Below, in pieces: positions 46,649-55,001 of a DNA stretch of 64,000 bases. Source of the DNA: Nannocystales bacterium (GTDB taxonomy: Bacteria > Myxococcota_A > Polyangia > Nannocystales > Nannocystaceae); the NCBI GenBank assembly GCA_050633305.1, contig JBOEGF010000008.1:64001-128000 (forward strand), in the 5' to 3' direction. A program made the position numbers and the translations under genes. How positions within the stretch are numbered: the first letter of the stretch is position 1; every line of letters begins with the position of its first letter. The notes beneath the pieces are model-generated. The model made no database searches. It was not told the DNA's origin and worked only from the letters and a program-made list of their open reading frames with translations.

Positions 46649-47212
46649 CTACCCCACGGAACGGAACGTCTTCTTGAGCCGGACAGGACGCGGAAGCATG
46701 TTGTGCTCGATCGTCGTGCGTACCGTCACCGTATTGGACTTGGGATGCACGATGAAGCGCACCAGCGTGTGTTGGTCGCCCCCGGTGATGTCGACGATGA
46801 GCTTGCCTCCGCGCCATTTGAAGCGGCCTCGGTACTTGTCATCGACCGGGAAACTGCCGCCCCCGATCGTGCCACTGAACGCGGACTTCCCTCCCGAGCG
46901 GACGATGGAGACCTGGTCGCCGTCGACCGAGATCGACATCATTCGAGAGGGCTCCTGCGACTTCCAGATCTTCCGCCGAGCCAGCAGCCGCAGCGCCACG
47001 TTGAGGTCCTCGGTCGCCGCATCGATCTCGTCGCGTAGCTCCTGCAGCTGCGCATCGCCCCCCGCGTAGACGTACTGACCATGGTAGGCGCCCAGGCTCG
47101 GCTCATCGGCCTGCCCCGACGACGCGTCGGATCTCGCCCCCGCCGGCCCGGACCATGCGCCCAGCATGACGGCCGCCAGCCCCAACATTCTCGCCGTCCG
47201 ACCACCCTTCAT
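46649..47212 (-). CDS. Secreted hypothetical protein
   Basis: Signal peptide 'MKGGRTARMLGLAAVMLGAW'; beta-rich body. Confidence 0.6.
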   Translation of the reverse strand: MKGGRTARMLGLAAVMLGAWSGPAGARSDASSGQADEPSLGAYHGQYVYAGGDAQLQELRDEIDAATEDLNVALRLLARRKIWKSQEPSRMMSISVDGDQVSIVRSGGKSAFSGTIGGGSFPVDDKYRGRFKWRGGKLIVDITGGDQHTLVRFIVHPKSNTVTVRTTIEHNMLPRPVRLKKTFRSVG

Positions 47213-47309
47213 CCCCACCTCGGAATTGTGACGCGAAACCGAGGCATCGACCAGGGCGTGAGTGTGGGATCGGGTACGCATCACGGATGGGGTAGCCTCC
47301 AGCTCTCCC

Positions 47310-48107
47310 ATGCAGCGACTTTGCATTTCCTTGGCTTCCTTCGTTCTCCTCGTCCCCGCGTGCGACTCCGGCGATGGCGATGGCGACGCGTCTTCCGCGA
47401 CCGATACAGGCTCGACGACCGGCGGTGCGGGTACCAGCGACGGCTCCGGTGGCATGAGCACTCCGGGGAACCCGTCGACGACTGTCACGGGCAACCCGAC
47501 AACCGCGACCAGCGGCCCACCTCCCACGGCGACCTCTGGCGAATCGTCCGGTAGCGGCTGGGGCAGCAGTGAATCGACGGTCAGCACCGGAACGACCACC
47601 GGCGGCAGCGGCTTCGTCGTCATGGAGACCTCCATGGGAACACTCACCATCGAGTTGTTCGCCGAAGAGGCTCCGATCACCGTCGACAACTTCCTCGCCT
47701 ACATCGACGCCGGTTTCTACGACGGCGTCGACGGTATGGGCGCGACGGTCTTTCACAGGGTGATCCCAGGCTTCGTCATTCAAGGCGGCGGTCTCACCGA
47801 CGAGCTTGTCGGCAAGGCGACGATGCCCCCCATCGTCAACGAGCACGGCGTCAGCGGTCTCACCAACCTCCGAGGGACGCTGTCGATGGCCCGTACCAAC
47901 GACCCCAACTCCGCCACCTCTCAGTTCTTCGTGAACGTGGTCGACAACGCGGGTCTGGACTCGGGGGACGGCTACGCCGTCTTTGCCCAAGTCGTGGAGG
48001 GTATGGACGTGGTGGACGCCATCGTCGCAGTACCGACCACCACAGTGGGACAGTTCGAAAACGTCCCAGTCGACGCGATCACCATCACCAGCGTCACCCT
48101 GGAGTGA
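47310..48107 (+). CDS. ppiA: Cyclophilin-type peptidyl-prolyl isomerase lipoprotein
   Basis: 'PAC' lipobox, S/T/G linker, 'APITVDNF', 'FHRVIPGFVIQGGG', 'MART.DPNSATSQFF'. Confidence 0.92.
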   Translation: MQRLCISLASFVLLVPACDSGDGDGDASSATDTGSTTGGAGTSDGSGGMSTPGNPSTTVTGNPTTATSGPPPTATSGESSGSGWGSSESTVSTGTTTGGSGFVVMETSMGTLTIELFAEEAPITVDNFLAYIDAGFYDGVDGMGATVFHRVIPGFVIQGGGLTDELVGKATMPPIVNEHGVSGLTNLRGTLSMARTNDPNSATSQFFVNVVDNAGLDSGDGYAVFAQVVEGMDVVDAIVAVPTTTVGQFENVPVDAITITSVTLE

Positions 48108-48247
48108 TTCCGTTCGCCGTCGAAGACCGAGCGCCTGCGCGATACCGCGGGAAGCTCGGTCTCGATGAGGACACCTCTGCGTGGGGGGCAGATCGCAGCA
48201 TCGGCCCGAGGCGAATCATCCCTCGACTCGTGCTAGGACTGCTGCCG

Positions 48248-49615
48248 ATGCGCGAGCCCGGTCCCCGTGAGCTGTTCTTCGTTCCCCTGGGTGGGTCGGG
48301 CGAGATCGGCATGAACCTCAACCTCTACGGCCACGACGGTCGGTGGTTGATGATCGACTGCGGCATCACCTTCGAGCAAGAGAATGGGGTGACCCACGTG
48401 CTCATGCCAAACGTGCGGTTCGCCCACAAGCGACGCAAGCAGCTCGAGGCGCTCGTGATCACCCACGCCCACGAGGACCACCTCGGCGCCGTGGTGCATC
48501 TGTGGGACCAGCTGCAGTGCCCGGTGTACGCGACGCCCTTCGCTGCCGCCGTCCTCCGACGAAAGATCGGGGAGGCCGACATCGAAGGGGATCTCGATCT
48601 TCGCATCATCGATTGCAACACCCCGCTCGACTTGGGGCCGTTCACGCTCGAGTTTGTGGACGTCACGCACTCCACGGTCGAGTCCCAGGCGATCCTCGTC
48701 GGGACTCCCGTCGGCACGGTCCTGCACACCGGAGACTTCAAGCTCGACCCCGATCCGCTCGTGGGCCCCTCCACCGACCTCACCGCGCTCGGCAAGGCCG
48801 CCGATCGCAACATCGTCGCGGCAGTTTCCGACTCGACCAATGCCACCAAAGACGTGTCCAGCCGGAGCGAAGCCGAGCTCCGTGATGCCCTGGTTCAGCG
48901 GCTCGAGCGGGTGAAGACCGGCCGCATCGCAGTCGCGTGTTTCAGCAGCAACATCGCGCGCATCGACACCTTCATCAAGATGGCGGCACATCTCGAGCGG
49001 CACCCGGTCCTGCTGGGTCGTTCATTGCGGCGTATGGTCGGCTGTGCCCGCGAGACGGAATACCTCTCCGAGTCCGAGATGGAGATCGAGGTCCGCGACT
49101 TCGGCTACCTCCCGCCGAGCAAGCTCATGCTGATCTGTACCGGAACCCAGGGCGAGCCCGGCTCGGCGATGGACCGGATCTCGCGCGACGACCACCGTGA
49201 CATCAGCTTCGAGAGGGGCGACCTCGTGTTGTTCTCCTCAAAGATCATTCCCGGCAATGAAGACGGCGTGCACCGACTCCACAGCCAGCTGCGAGGCCGA
49301 GGCGTCGAGGTGGTCAGCGAGAACGAGGAGTTCGTCCATGTGTCCGGCCACCCCGGGCGCCCAGAGCTCCGCCGGGTCTACGAGCTCGCCCAGCCGGCTT
49401 CGATCGTCCCGGTGCACGGCGAGGAGCGCCACATGACCGCGCACGCCGAGCTCGCGACGGAGATGGGACTGCCCAGCGTCGTTCCGTTCAACGGAGCCGT
49501 CGTGCAACTCGTCCCCGGACCGCCAAAGATCATCGACAAGGTCGAGCACGGGCGGACCAGGGTCCCCGGCCGTGAGAGCGGGAGACGCCCCCCTCGCCAC
49601 AAGAAACGCCGCTGA
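48248..49615 (+). CDS. rnj: Ribonuclease J (short form lacking the C-terminal domain)
   Basis: 'PLGGSGEIGMN', 'THAHEDHLG', 'HTGDFK', 'SDSTN', 'TGTQGEP', 'HVSGH', 'PVHGE'. Confidence 0.92.
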   Translation: MREPGPRELFFVPLGGSGEIGMNLNLYGHDGRWLMIDCGITFEQENGVTHVLMPNVRFAHKRRKQLEALVITHAHEDHLGAVVHLWDQLQCPVYATPFAAAVLRRKIGEADIEGDLDLRIIDCNTPLDLGPFTLEFVDVTHSTVESQAILVGTPVGTVLHTGDFKLDPDPLVGPSTDLTALGKAADRNIVAAVSDSTNATKDVSSRSEAELRDALVQRLERVKTGRIAVACFSSNIARIDTFIKMAAHLERHPVLLGRSLRRMVGCARETEYLSESEMEIEVRDFGYLPPSKLMLICTGTQGEPGSAMDRISRDDHRDISFERGDLVLFSSKIIPGNEDGVHRLHSQLRGRGVEVVSENEEFVHVSGHPGRPELRRVYELAQPASIVPVHGEERHMTAHAELATEMGLPSVVPFNGAVVQLVPGPPKIIDKVEHGRTRVPGRESGRRPPRHKKRR

Positions 49616-49644
49616 GCTCTGCCCCGCGTGTGACAACCTCGGGC

Positions 49645-50046
49645 ATGGCGTTCCTCGAACTCGTCACGATCGTCGTAGAGGACTACGACCCGGCGATTGC
49701 GTTCTTCGTCGACGTGCTCGGTTTCGAGCTGACCGAGGACTCACCGTCCAGGACCAACGATGGGCGGCCGAAGCGGTGGGTGGTCGTCCGCCCACCCGGT
49801 GCAGCGACGGGCATCCTGCTGGCCCGCGCCGACGGACCTCGTCAGTCCGCGACCGTCGGTCAGCAGCTCGCAGGCCGAGTCGGGTTTTTCCTGCGCACCA
49901 ATGACTTCGAGCAGCGCGTGACAAAGATGAGGGCTGCGGGGGTCCAGTTCGTGTCCCCGCCCCGAAACGAGCCGTACGGAAAGGTCGCCGTCTTCGTCGA
50001 TGTCGCGGGCAACCGGTGGGACCTGCTGGGCCCCAAGCCGGACTGA
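49645..50046 (+). CDS. VOC/glyoxalase family protein
   Basis: 'DYDPAIAFF..VLGFEL', 'KRWVVV', 'EPYGKVAVFVD..GNRWDL'. Confidence 0.9.
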   Translation: MAFLELVTIVVEDYDPAIAFFVDVLGFELTEDSPSRTNDGRPKRWVVVRPPGAATGILLARADGPRQSATVGQQLAGRVGFFLRTNDFEQRVTKMRAAGVQFVSPPRNEPYGKVAVFVDVAGNRWDLLGPKPD

Positions 50047-50169
50047 GACCCGCCCGGACGCGAATGCCCTGCCCCGGACATGGATGTCGTGGCGGCCGGG
50101 CGGAGACCTCAGCCCAACCCCCTATGAGGCCGTCACCGAGTTGGCATCCGAGCTGCACTGGAGGGAGAC

Positions 50170-51192
50170 GTGGCTTGGCGTCAGCTCTACACCCCCGTTC
50201 TCGCGCTCCTGCCCGCTCTGGCTCTGGGCGGCTGTGACTCCGAAGATCCCGTCGTCGAAGATGGCATCGAGTCCAGCGACGAGAGCGACGCCGACGCCCC
50301 GGACGAGGAAGGCCAAGACGAGGAAGGCCAAGACGACGACGCTCAGGACCCGGAAGGTCAAGACGACGACACTCAAGACCCGGAAGACGATGGCGAGGAC
50401 GACGACTCCGACGCCCCACCTCCGCCGCCCAAGCCCGCAGCGGCCGTTCCTTGTGACGAAGACCAGGCCTGGGAGGGCTACGAGTGCGAGACACAAGAGG
50501 GGGAGCCCGGCTCACAACAGTGCATCATCCTCGACGACGAAGAGTTCTGGACACCGTGCACGACTGAGGAGGCCGAATGCGTCCCCGGGGACGGCTACGA
50601 CCAGGGTTGCCTCGGAGAGCTGTGTACCTGGAACGGCGAGGGCTTCGAGCGACACTCCTGGGAGGACGACGATTGCATCACGCCGTTGGTCCTGAACTTC
50701 GACCGCGGCCCGGTCGAGTTCGCTCCCGTCGCCGCCGCGACATTCGACCTGTCGACCGACGGCACCTGCACCAACACCGCGTGGCCGACTTCGCCCTGGC
50801 TTGCGCTCGACCGCGACGGCGACGGCATGATCAAGAGCGGCGCCGAGCTGTTCGGCAATGCAACCCAGATGAGCAGCGGTGGATTCGCCCAACATGGGTT
50901 CGCGGCCCTCTCCGAGCTCGACTCCAACCTCGACGGCAAGATCGACGCACAGGACGAGCGATTCTCCGAGCTGGTCCTCTGGAACGACCTCGATGACGAT
51001 CGCATCGGAGCCTACGCCGAGCTGCGGCCGCTGACCGAGAGCACGGTCGTCTCCATCGACCTCGGCTTCTCCCGCCGCGCCAACTGCGATGCGATGGGCA
51101 ACTGCGGCTTCGAACGCGCAGCGTTTGAGTACCAGCAAGCCGGGAGCACCGAGTTCGGCGAAGTCGTCGACGTTCGCCTGCTCTGCCAGTAA
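50170..51192 (+). CDS. Acidic Ca-binding (DxDxDG) Cys-rich lipoprotein
   Basis: 'LGGC', 'TPLVLNF', 'LALDRDGDGMIKSGAELFG', 'LDSNLDGKIDAQDERFSELVLWND'. Confidence 0.75.
   Translation: MAWRQLYTPVLALLPALALGGCDSEDPVVEDGIESSDESDADAPDEEGQDEEGQDDDAQDPEGQDDDTQDPEDDGEDDDSDAPPPPPKPAAAVPCDEDQAWEGYECETQEGEPGSQQCIILDDEEFWTPCTTEEAECVPGDGYDQGCLGELCTWNGEGFERHSWEDDDCITPLVLNFDRGPVEFAPVAAATFDLSTDGTCTNTAWPTSPWLALDRDGDGMIKSGAELFGNATQMSSGGFAQHGFAALSELDSNLDGKIDAQDERFSELVLWNDLDDDRIGAYAELRPLTESTVVSIDLGFSRRANCDAMGNCGFERAAFEYQQAGSTEFGEVVDVRLLCQ
50302..50391 (+). repeat. Degenerate 15-bp in-frame repeats (DEEGQ/DDDAQ/DPEGQ)
   Basis: Six 5-residue units in the linker. Confidence 0.7.
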
Positions 51193-51242
51193 CAGCGCGC
51201 AAGCGTTGCCGGACGTGGGCAGCGCACCCACGGCATGCTGGT

Positions 51243-52007
51243 GTGGTGCGTCTCGTCCTCTCAGCCGTCGTCCTTCTGAGTGCGCTCTCGTGTACGCACC
51301 CACCCGCTGTGCAGTCCGACTGGGCCCCCACCTCACCGCCGTCGGGGGCTCCAGAGCCGGTCCCCGCCGTGGCCACAGACCCGGCCACGGTGGCGCAGAT
51401 GCACGCGCTTCTGGACACGACGGAGACGTTGCGCGATCTCGCCTCACGCGGCCGCTCGGAGGCGGTTCGGAAGGCCGCGGCCGAGTTTGTCGCGTCCCTC
51501 CGGCCCGACACCGCGACCCCCGGCCCGTGGCAGGACCCCCTCGCCAACATTCGTACGCAAGCCGAAACGCTCGCAACACACGAGAGCGATGCGCAGGCCG
51601 CCGCTGCACTGGCCCGGATCGCCCAAACCTGCGGCGACTGTCACGTGAGTGCCGACGTGCAAGCTCGCGTTGCCGCGAAGCTCGAGCAGGGCGCAGCGCC
51701 TCCCATGGGCACCACCGAACCCGAGGCGATGCGCGTGCACGACTGGTCCTCGCAGCGGATGTGGGACAGCCTGGTCATTCCCGACAAAGACCGATGGGTT
51801 GAGGGCACGACCATGTTTGTCTTGCTGCCCTCGTGCGTGGACTTGGACCCCGCCGACGTCGAACACACGCTTCGTTGTGACCGGGCCCGCGCAGTCGCCC
51901 GGCGAGCCCACATCGTCTCGGACCTCGACGGGCGCACATCGGTGATGGGGGACCTGCTGGGAACGTGCGCATCCTGCCACCGGGCGGCCTCGTCCCCCGC
52001 GGGCTGA
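51243..52007 (+). CDS. Di-heme c-type cytochrome lipoprotein (cytochrome c'-like)
   Basis: 'LSC' lipobox; CGDCH and CASCH, each ending a helical repeat. Confidence 0.75.
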   Translation: MVRLVLSAVVLLSALSCTHPPAVQSDWAPTSPPSGAPEPVPAVATDPATVAQMHALLDTTETLRDLASRGRSEAVRKAAAEFVASLRPDTATPGPWQDPLANIRTQAETLATHESDAQAAAALARIAQTCGDCHVSADVQARVAAKLEQGAAPPMGTTEPEAMRVHDWSSQRMWDSLVIPDKDRWVEGTTMFVLLPSCVDLDPADVEHTLRCDRARAVARRAHIVSDLDGRTSVMGDLLGTCASCHRAASSPAG

Positions 52008-52060
52008 CGCTCCACACCTCGCCGGTGTCCTGAGTCCGCGATCGGTTTGAATTCGGCCTT

Positions 52061-52096
52061 GCAACGCACGCCTCGAGTCCCTTCAGGCTGCGTTGC
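52061..52096. terminator. Hairpin between convergent genes
   Basis: GCAACGCA.GCCT...AGGC-TGCGTTGC. Confidence 0.45.
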
Positions 52097-52112
52097 TCGG
52101 CGCTCGACGGAC

Positions 52113-54212
52113 CTAGTAACTGGTGCAGTCGTCTTGCGCGGCGTGATCACACCCGTCGCGGCCAACGTAGGACTGCGTGCTGCGGTTCGGCTCCATCGAT
52201 GCCGAGACAGGCGAGTTGAGTTCGACGAAGTCGATCCACCCCTGCGCGTACTCGGTGAACGTGTCGATGAACAGGCCCTCGTCGAACACGACCCCGAACG
52301 TGTCGTAGCCGTCGAAGCCCTGCGCGATGAAGCTGTTGGTCACCACGATGTAGACCGTGTCATCGACCAGCGGCATCCAGGTTGCACCAAGACGCGGGTT
52401 GCCTTCGAGGTTGAGGATACGTGAGCCCGCGGCTGCAGAGGCATCCACGTCGAATCGGAGGCCTGCGGCGTACGGGTACGATCCGGTGGACCCATCGTCA
52501 TCGAGGTGGTTGGAGAGCCCATCCTCGAGCGACTGGCGGATCTGGGTCCCGGTGAGTTCCAGCGTCACGAGCGTGTTGGAGAACGGAAGCAGATTGTACG
52601 CATCGGCGATCGTGTACTCGCCAGCGTCCACCGTCTCGCGGACCCCACCGGCATTCTGAATGGCGAAGTCCGCCGTGGGGGTGACGGTCATGAAGCCCGC
52701 TGCCACCACGTCTGCGATCTCACTCCCCATCGCGTAGCAGGCTTGAGTGCATTCCTCGGTCCCCGATTGCCCTTGCCCAGGGAACCGCTCCAGACACAGC
52801 GTCTGGGCGGCGCTCCCAATCGGGGTTTGCTCAAGCTTTGCGACCTGGCCTCGGTACCCGTCCAACACTGACGACGCGCCACGGTCCGCCGTGACCGCCA
52901 CGAGTTCCGGCGCCGCGGTGAGAGCCTCGACGACCGCCGCAACGTCGTCACCGACGAGAACCTCATCGCTCTCCTCTCCGAGTTGGTCGGTGTACTCGTA
53001 GACGAAGCTCTCCGCGTCGAACGGCATGCGCGGGGTCCCGGCGCACGAGGTCACGACTCCATCCCCGTCAAACTCGACATGGAGCTCGCCGAGCAGATGA
53101 GCGTACTCCCAGGCCTGCACCACACAGACGGGCTCCCCGTCGGCGTTGGTCACCTCGGTCGGGTAGTCGCCGCCGACCTGAAATCCCAGATTCGTCAGTC
53201 CTTCTCCGCCGAGTAGCGTGTGCGAGTCCCCGCCCACGATCACATCCACCCCAGTGAGGGCGGCCGCAAGTTCGAGGTCTTGCGCGTACTGGTAGTGCGT
53301 CACCAACACGACCTTGTCCACCTCCATCCCGGCCAGTTCATCGATGATGCTCTGCGCGGTCTCGGCCTCATCGAGCAGGACAGTCCCTTCGTCCGGCATC
53401 GAGCTGACCATCGTCTTCTGTGCGATGTCGATCCCGACGAAACCGACCTGTTCCCCTCCGAGGTCTCGGATGACATAGGGCTGGAGGTACCCCTCGGCGA
53501 GCGGGGATTCCTTGCCGGGTGCGACGTTGGCCGCAATGACCGGGGTCGAGCAGTCGCCCACCGCCAGCTCGTCCAAGAACGCGGCGAGACCCGCGTCGCC
53601 GTCGTCGAACTCGTGGTTGCCCAACGCGAACGCGTCAAAGCAGATCTCGTTCATCATCGCGGCATCGGCCGCGCCAGAGAACAGCGAGTAGTACAGCGTC
53701 CCGGTGATCGCATCCCCCGCGTGGACCTTCACGACGTTCTCGTTCTCCGCCTCGAGGCTTTCGAACAACGCCGTGAGCATCGGCATCCCTCCGAATCGCA
53801 CCTCGACCTCCTCGATGGCGCCACCTTTCGCCGTGGCCTCCGCGTTGAGGCCGAGACCACTGACATCGAGGTCGAAATCGTCCGCCTCGAGGTGCGAGTG
53901 ATGGTCGTTCATGTGAAGAATGGTCATGGAGAAGGCGGCGGCTTCCTCCGTGTCCGACTCCGACTCGGTGTCCGAACTGGGCCCGCTCGTTGACCCGGGC
54001 TCGCCCTCCGTGTCGGGGGCCGTCTCCGTGCCCGTGGTGGGCTCGACGACCCCCGTTGTGGGGGGATTGCCCGTCGTGGGGGGCGAGCCCGAGGTCTCAT
54101 CTCCCGAGTCCGTATCCATGTCTGCGGCGACGTCATCGCCACAACCAACGGTGGGCACAAGCAGGATCAAGCCGAACAGGAATGCAGGGGTGTTGTTCTT
54201 GAGGGTACGCAT
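52113..54212 (-). CDS. 5'-nucleotidase/NAD nucleotidase (NadN/UshA-like) lipoprotein
   Basis: 'HMNDHHSH', 'HAGD', 'GNHEFD', 'GGDSHT', 'QNAGGVR', 'LPFSNTL'. Confidence 0.92.
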   Translation of the reverse strand: MRTLKNNTPAFLFGLILLVPTVGCGDDVAADMDTDSGDETSGSPPTTGNPPTTGVVEPTTGTETAPDTEGEPGSTSGPSSDTESESDTEEAAAFSMTILHMNDHHSHLEADDFDLDVSGLGLNAEATAKGGAIEEVEVRFGGMPMLTALFESLEAENENVVKVHAGDAITGTLYYSLFSGAADAAMMNEICFDAFALGNHEFDDGDAGLAAFLDELAVGDCSTPVIAANVAPGKESPLAEGYLQPYVIRDLGGEQVGFVGIDIAQKTMVSSMPDEGTVLLDEAETAQSIIDELAGMEVDKVVLVTHYQYAQDLELAAALTGVDVIVGGDSHTLLGGEGLTNLGFQVGGDYPTEVTNADGEPVCVVQAWEYAHLLGELHVEFDGDGVVTSCAGTPRMPFDAESFVYEYTDQLGEESDEVLVGDDVAAVVEALTAAPELVAVTADRGASSVLDGYRGQVAKLEQTPIGSAAQTLCLERFPGQGQSGTEECTQACYAMGSEIADVVAAGFMTVTPTADFAIQNAGGVRETVDAGEYTIADAYNLLPFSNTLVTLELTGTQIRQSLEDGLSNHLDDDGSTGSYPYAAGLRFDVDASAAAGSRILNLEGNPRLGATWMPLVDDTVYIVVTNSFIAQGFDGYDTFGVVFDEGLFIDTFTEYAQGWIDFVELNSPVSASMEPNRSTQSYVGRDGCDHAAQDDCTSY

Positions 54213-54451
54213 GACTGCAACCACGCGAACGCATAGCCATCGAACGTCACGGCAACCTGCACGCCCCCACAATGACACCGGCTTGCGACACGCGCGACGA
54301 AGCACGGTCGCCGCAGTGCTCCGGCCGTGGCACTCGGCACAGCGCCGTTACGCGTTCGCGATCGCACACCCAGGCGGCGTGCAACATCCCCGAGACGGGC
54401 AAGAAACAGCGCTGCAATCGCGGCCGAGCCCACCCCGGCCGACCGAGCCAA

Positions 54452-54955
54452 TCACGGCGCTTCCTCGTCCGTGCCCCACAGCTCGGCGAATCGCGCGGCG
54501 GTCTCTTTCGTCGCGCCCGGCCCAAGACGAAACCCGAACGCAGCGGGTGGAAGCGGGAGTCCCGTCTCATCCAGAATACGGACTTTGGGGATCCGCTCCC
54601 CGGTGCGCTCGTCGACGACCAACAACGGCTCCTTGCCCTTGCCGAACACCCATCGGTCGCCCCACTGACGCAGCGCCGTCAGGACGGTGGCGAGATCCTT
54701 GCCACGGGGCGTCAGAACATATTCGTACCGTGGCCCGTGCACGCCCGCATCCACCCGCTCGAACACCTCGTGCTCCACGAGATGATCGAGCCGGCCGCTG
54801 AGCACGTTCTTGGAGATCCCCAAGACCGACTGAAAGTCGCCGAAACGTCGGGTGCCGAAGAACGCCTCGCGAATCAGGAGCAGGGTCCACCAGTCCCCAA
54901 GCACCTCCAGCGCTTGGGCCACAGCGCAGTTCTCTTCATCGAACCGGCGACGCAT
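54452..54955 (-). CDS. HxlR-family winged-helix regulator
   Basis: 'NCAVAQALEVLGDWWTLLLIRE', 'RRFGDFQ', 'EYVLTPRG', 'LRQWG'. Confidence 0.92.
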   Translation of the reverse strand: MRRRFDEENCAVAQALEVLGDWWTLLLIREAFFGTRRFGDFQSVLGISKNVLSGRLDHLVEHEVFERVDAGVHGPRYEYVLTPRGKDLATVLTALRQWGDRWVFGKGKEPLLVVDERTGERIPKVRILDETGLPLPPAAFGFRLGPGATKETAARFAELWGTDEEAP

Positions 54956-54963
54956 CAGAGTTA

Positions 54964-54982
54964 TGGTTGCATAAAGGGACCA
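54964..54982. promoter_or_regulatory. Imperfect palindrome TGGTTGC-ATAAA-GGGACCA, putative HxlR operator
   Basis: AT-rich 46-bp divergent spacer. Confidence 0.35.
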
Positions 54983-55001
54983 AATTTTCGAGCATGCAGA
55001 G

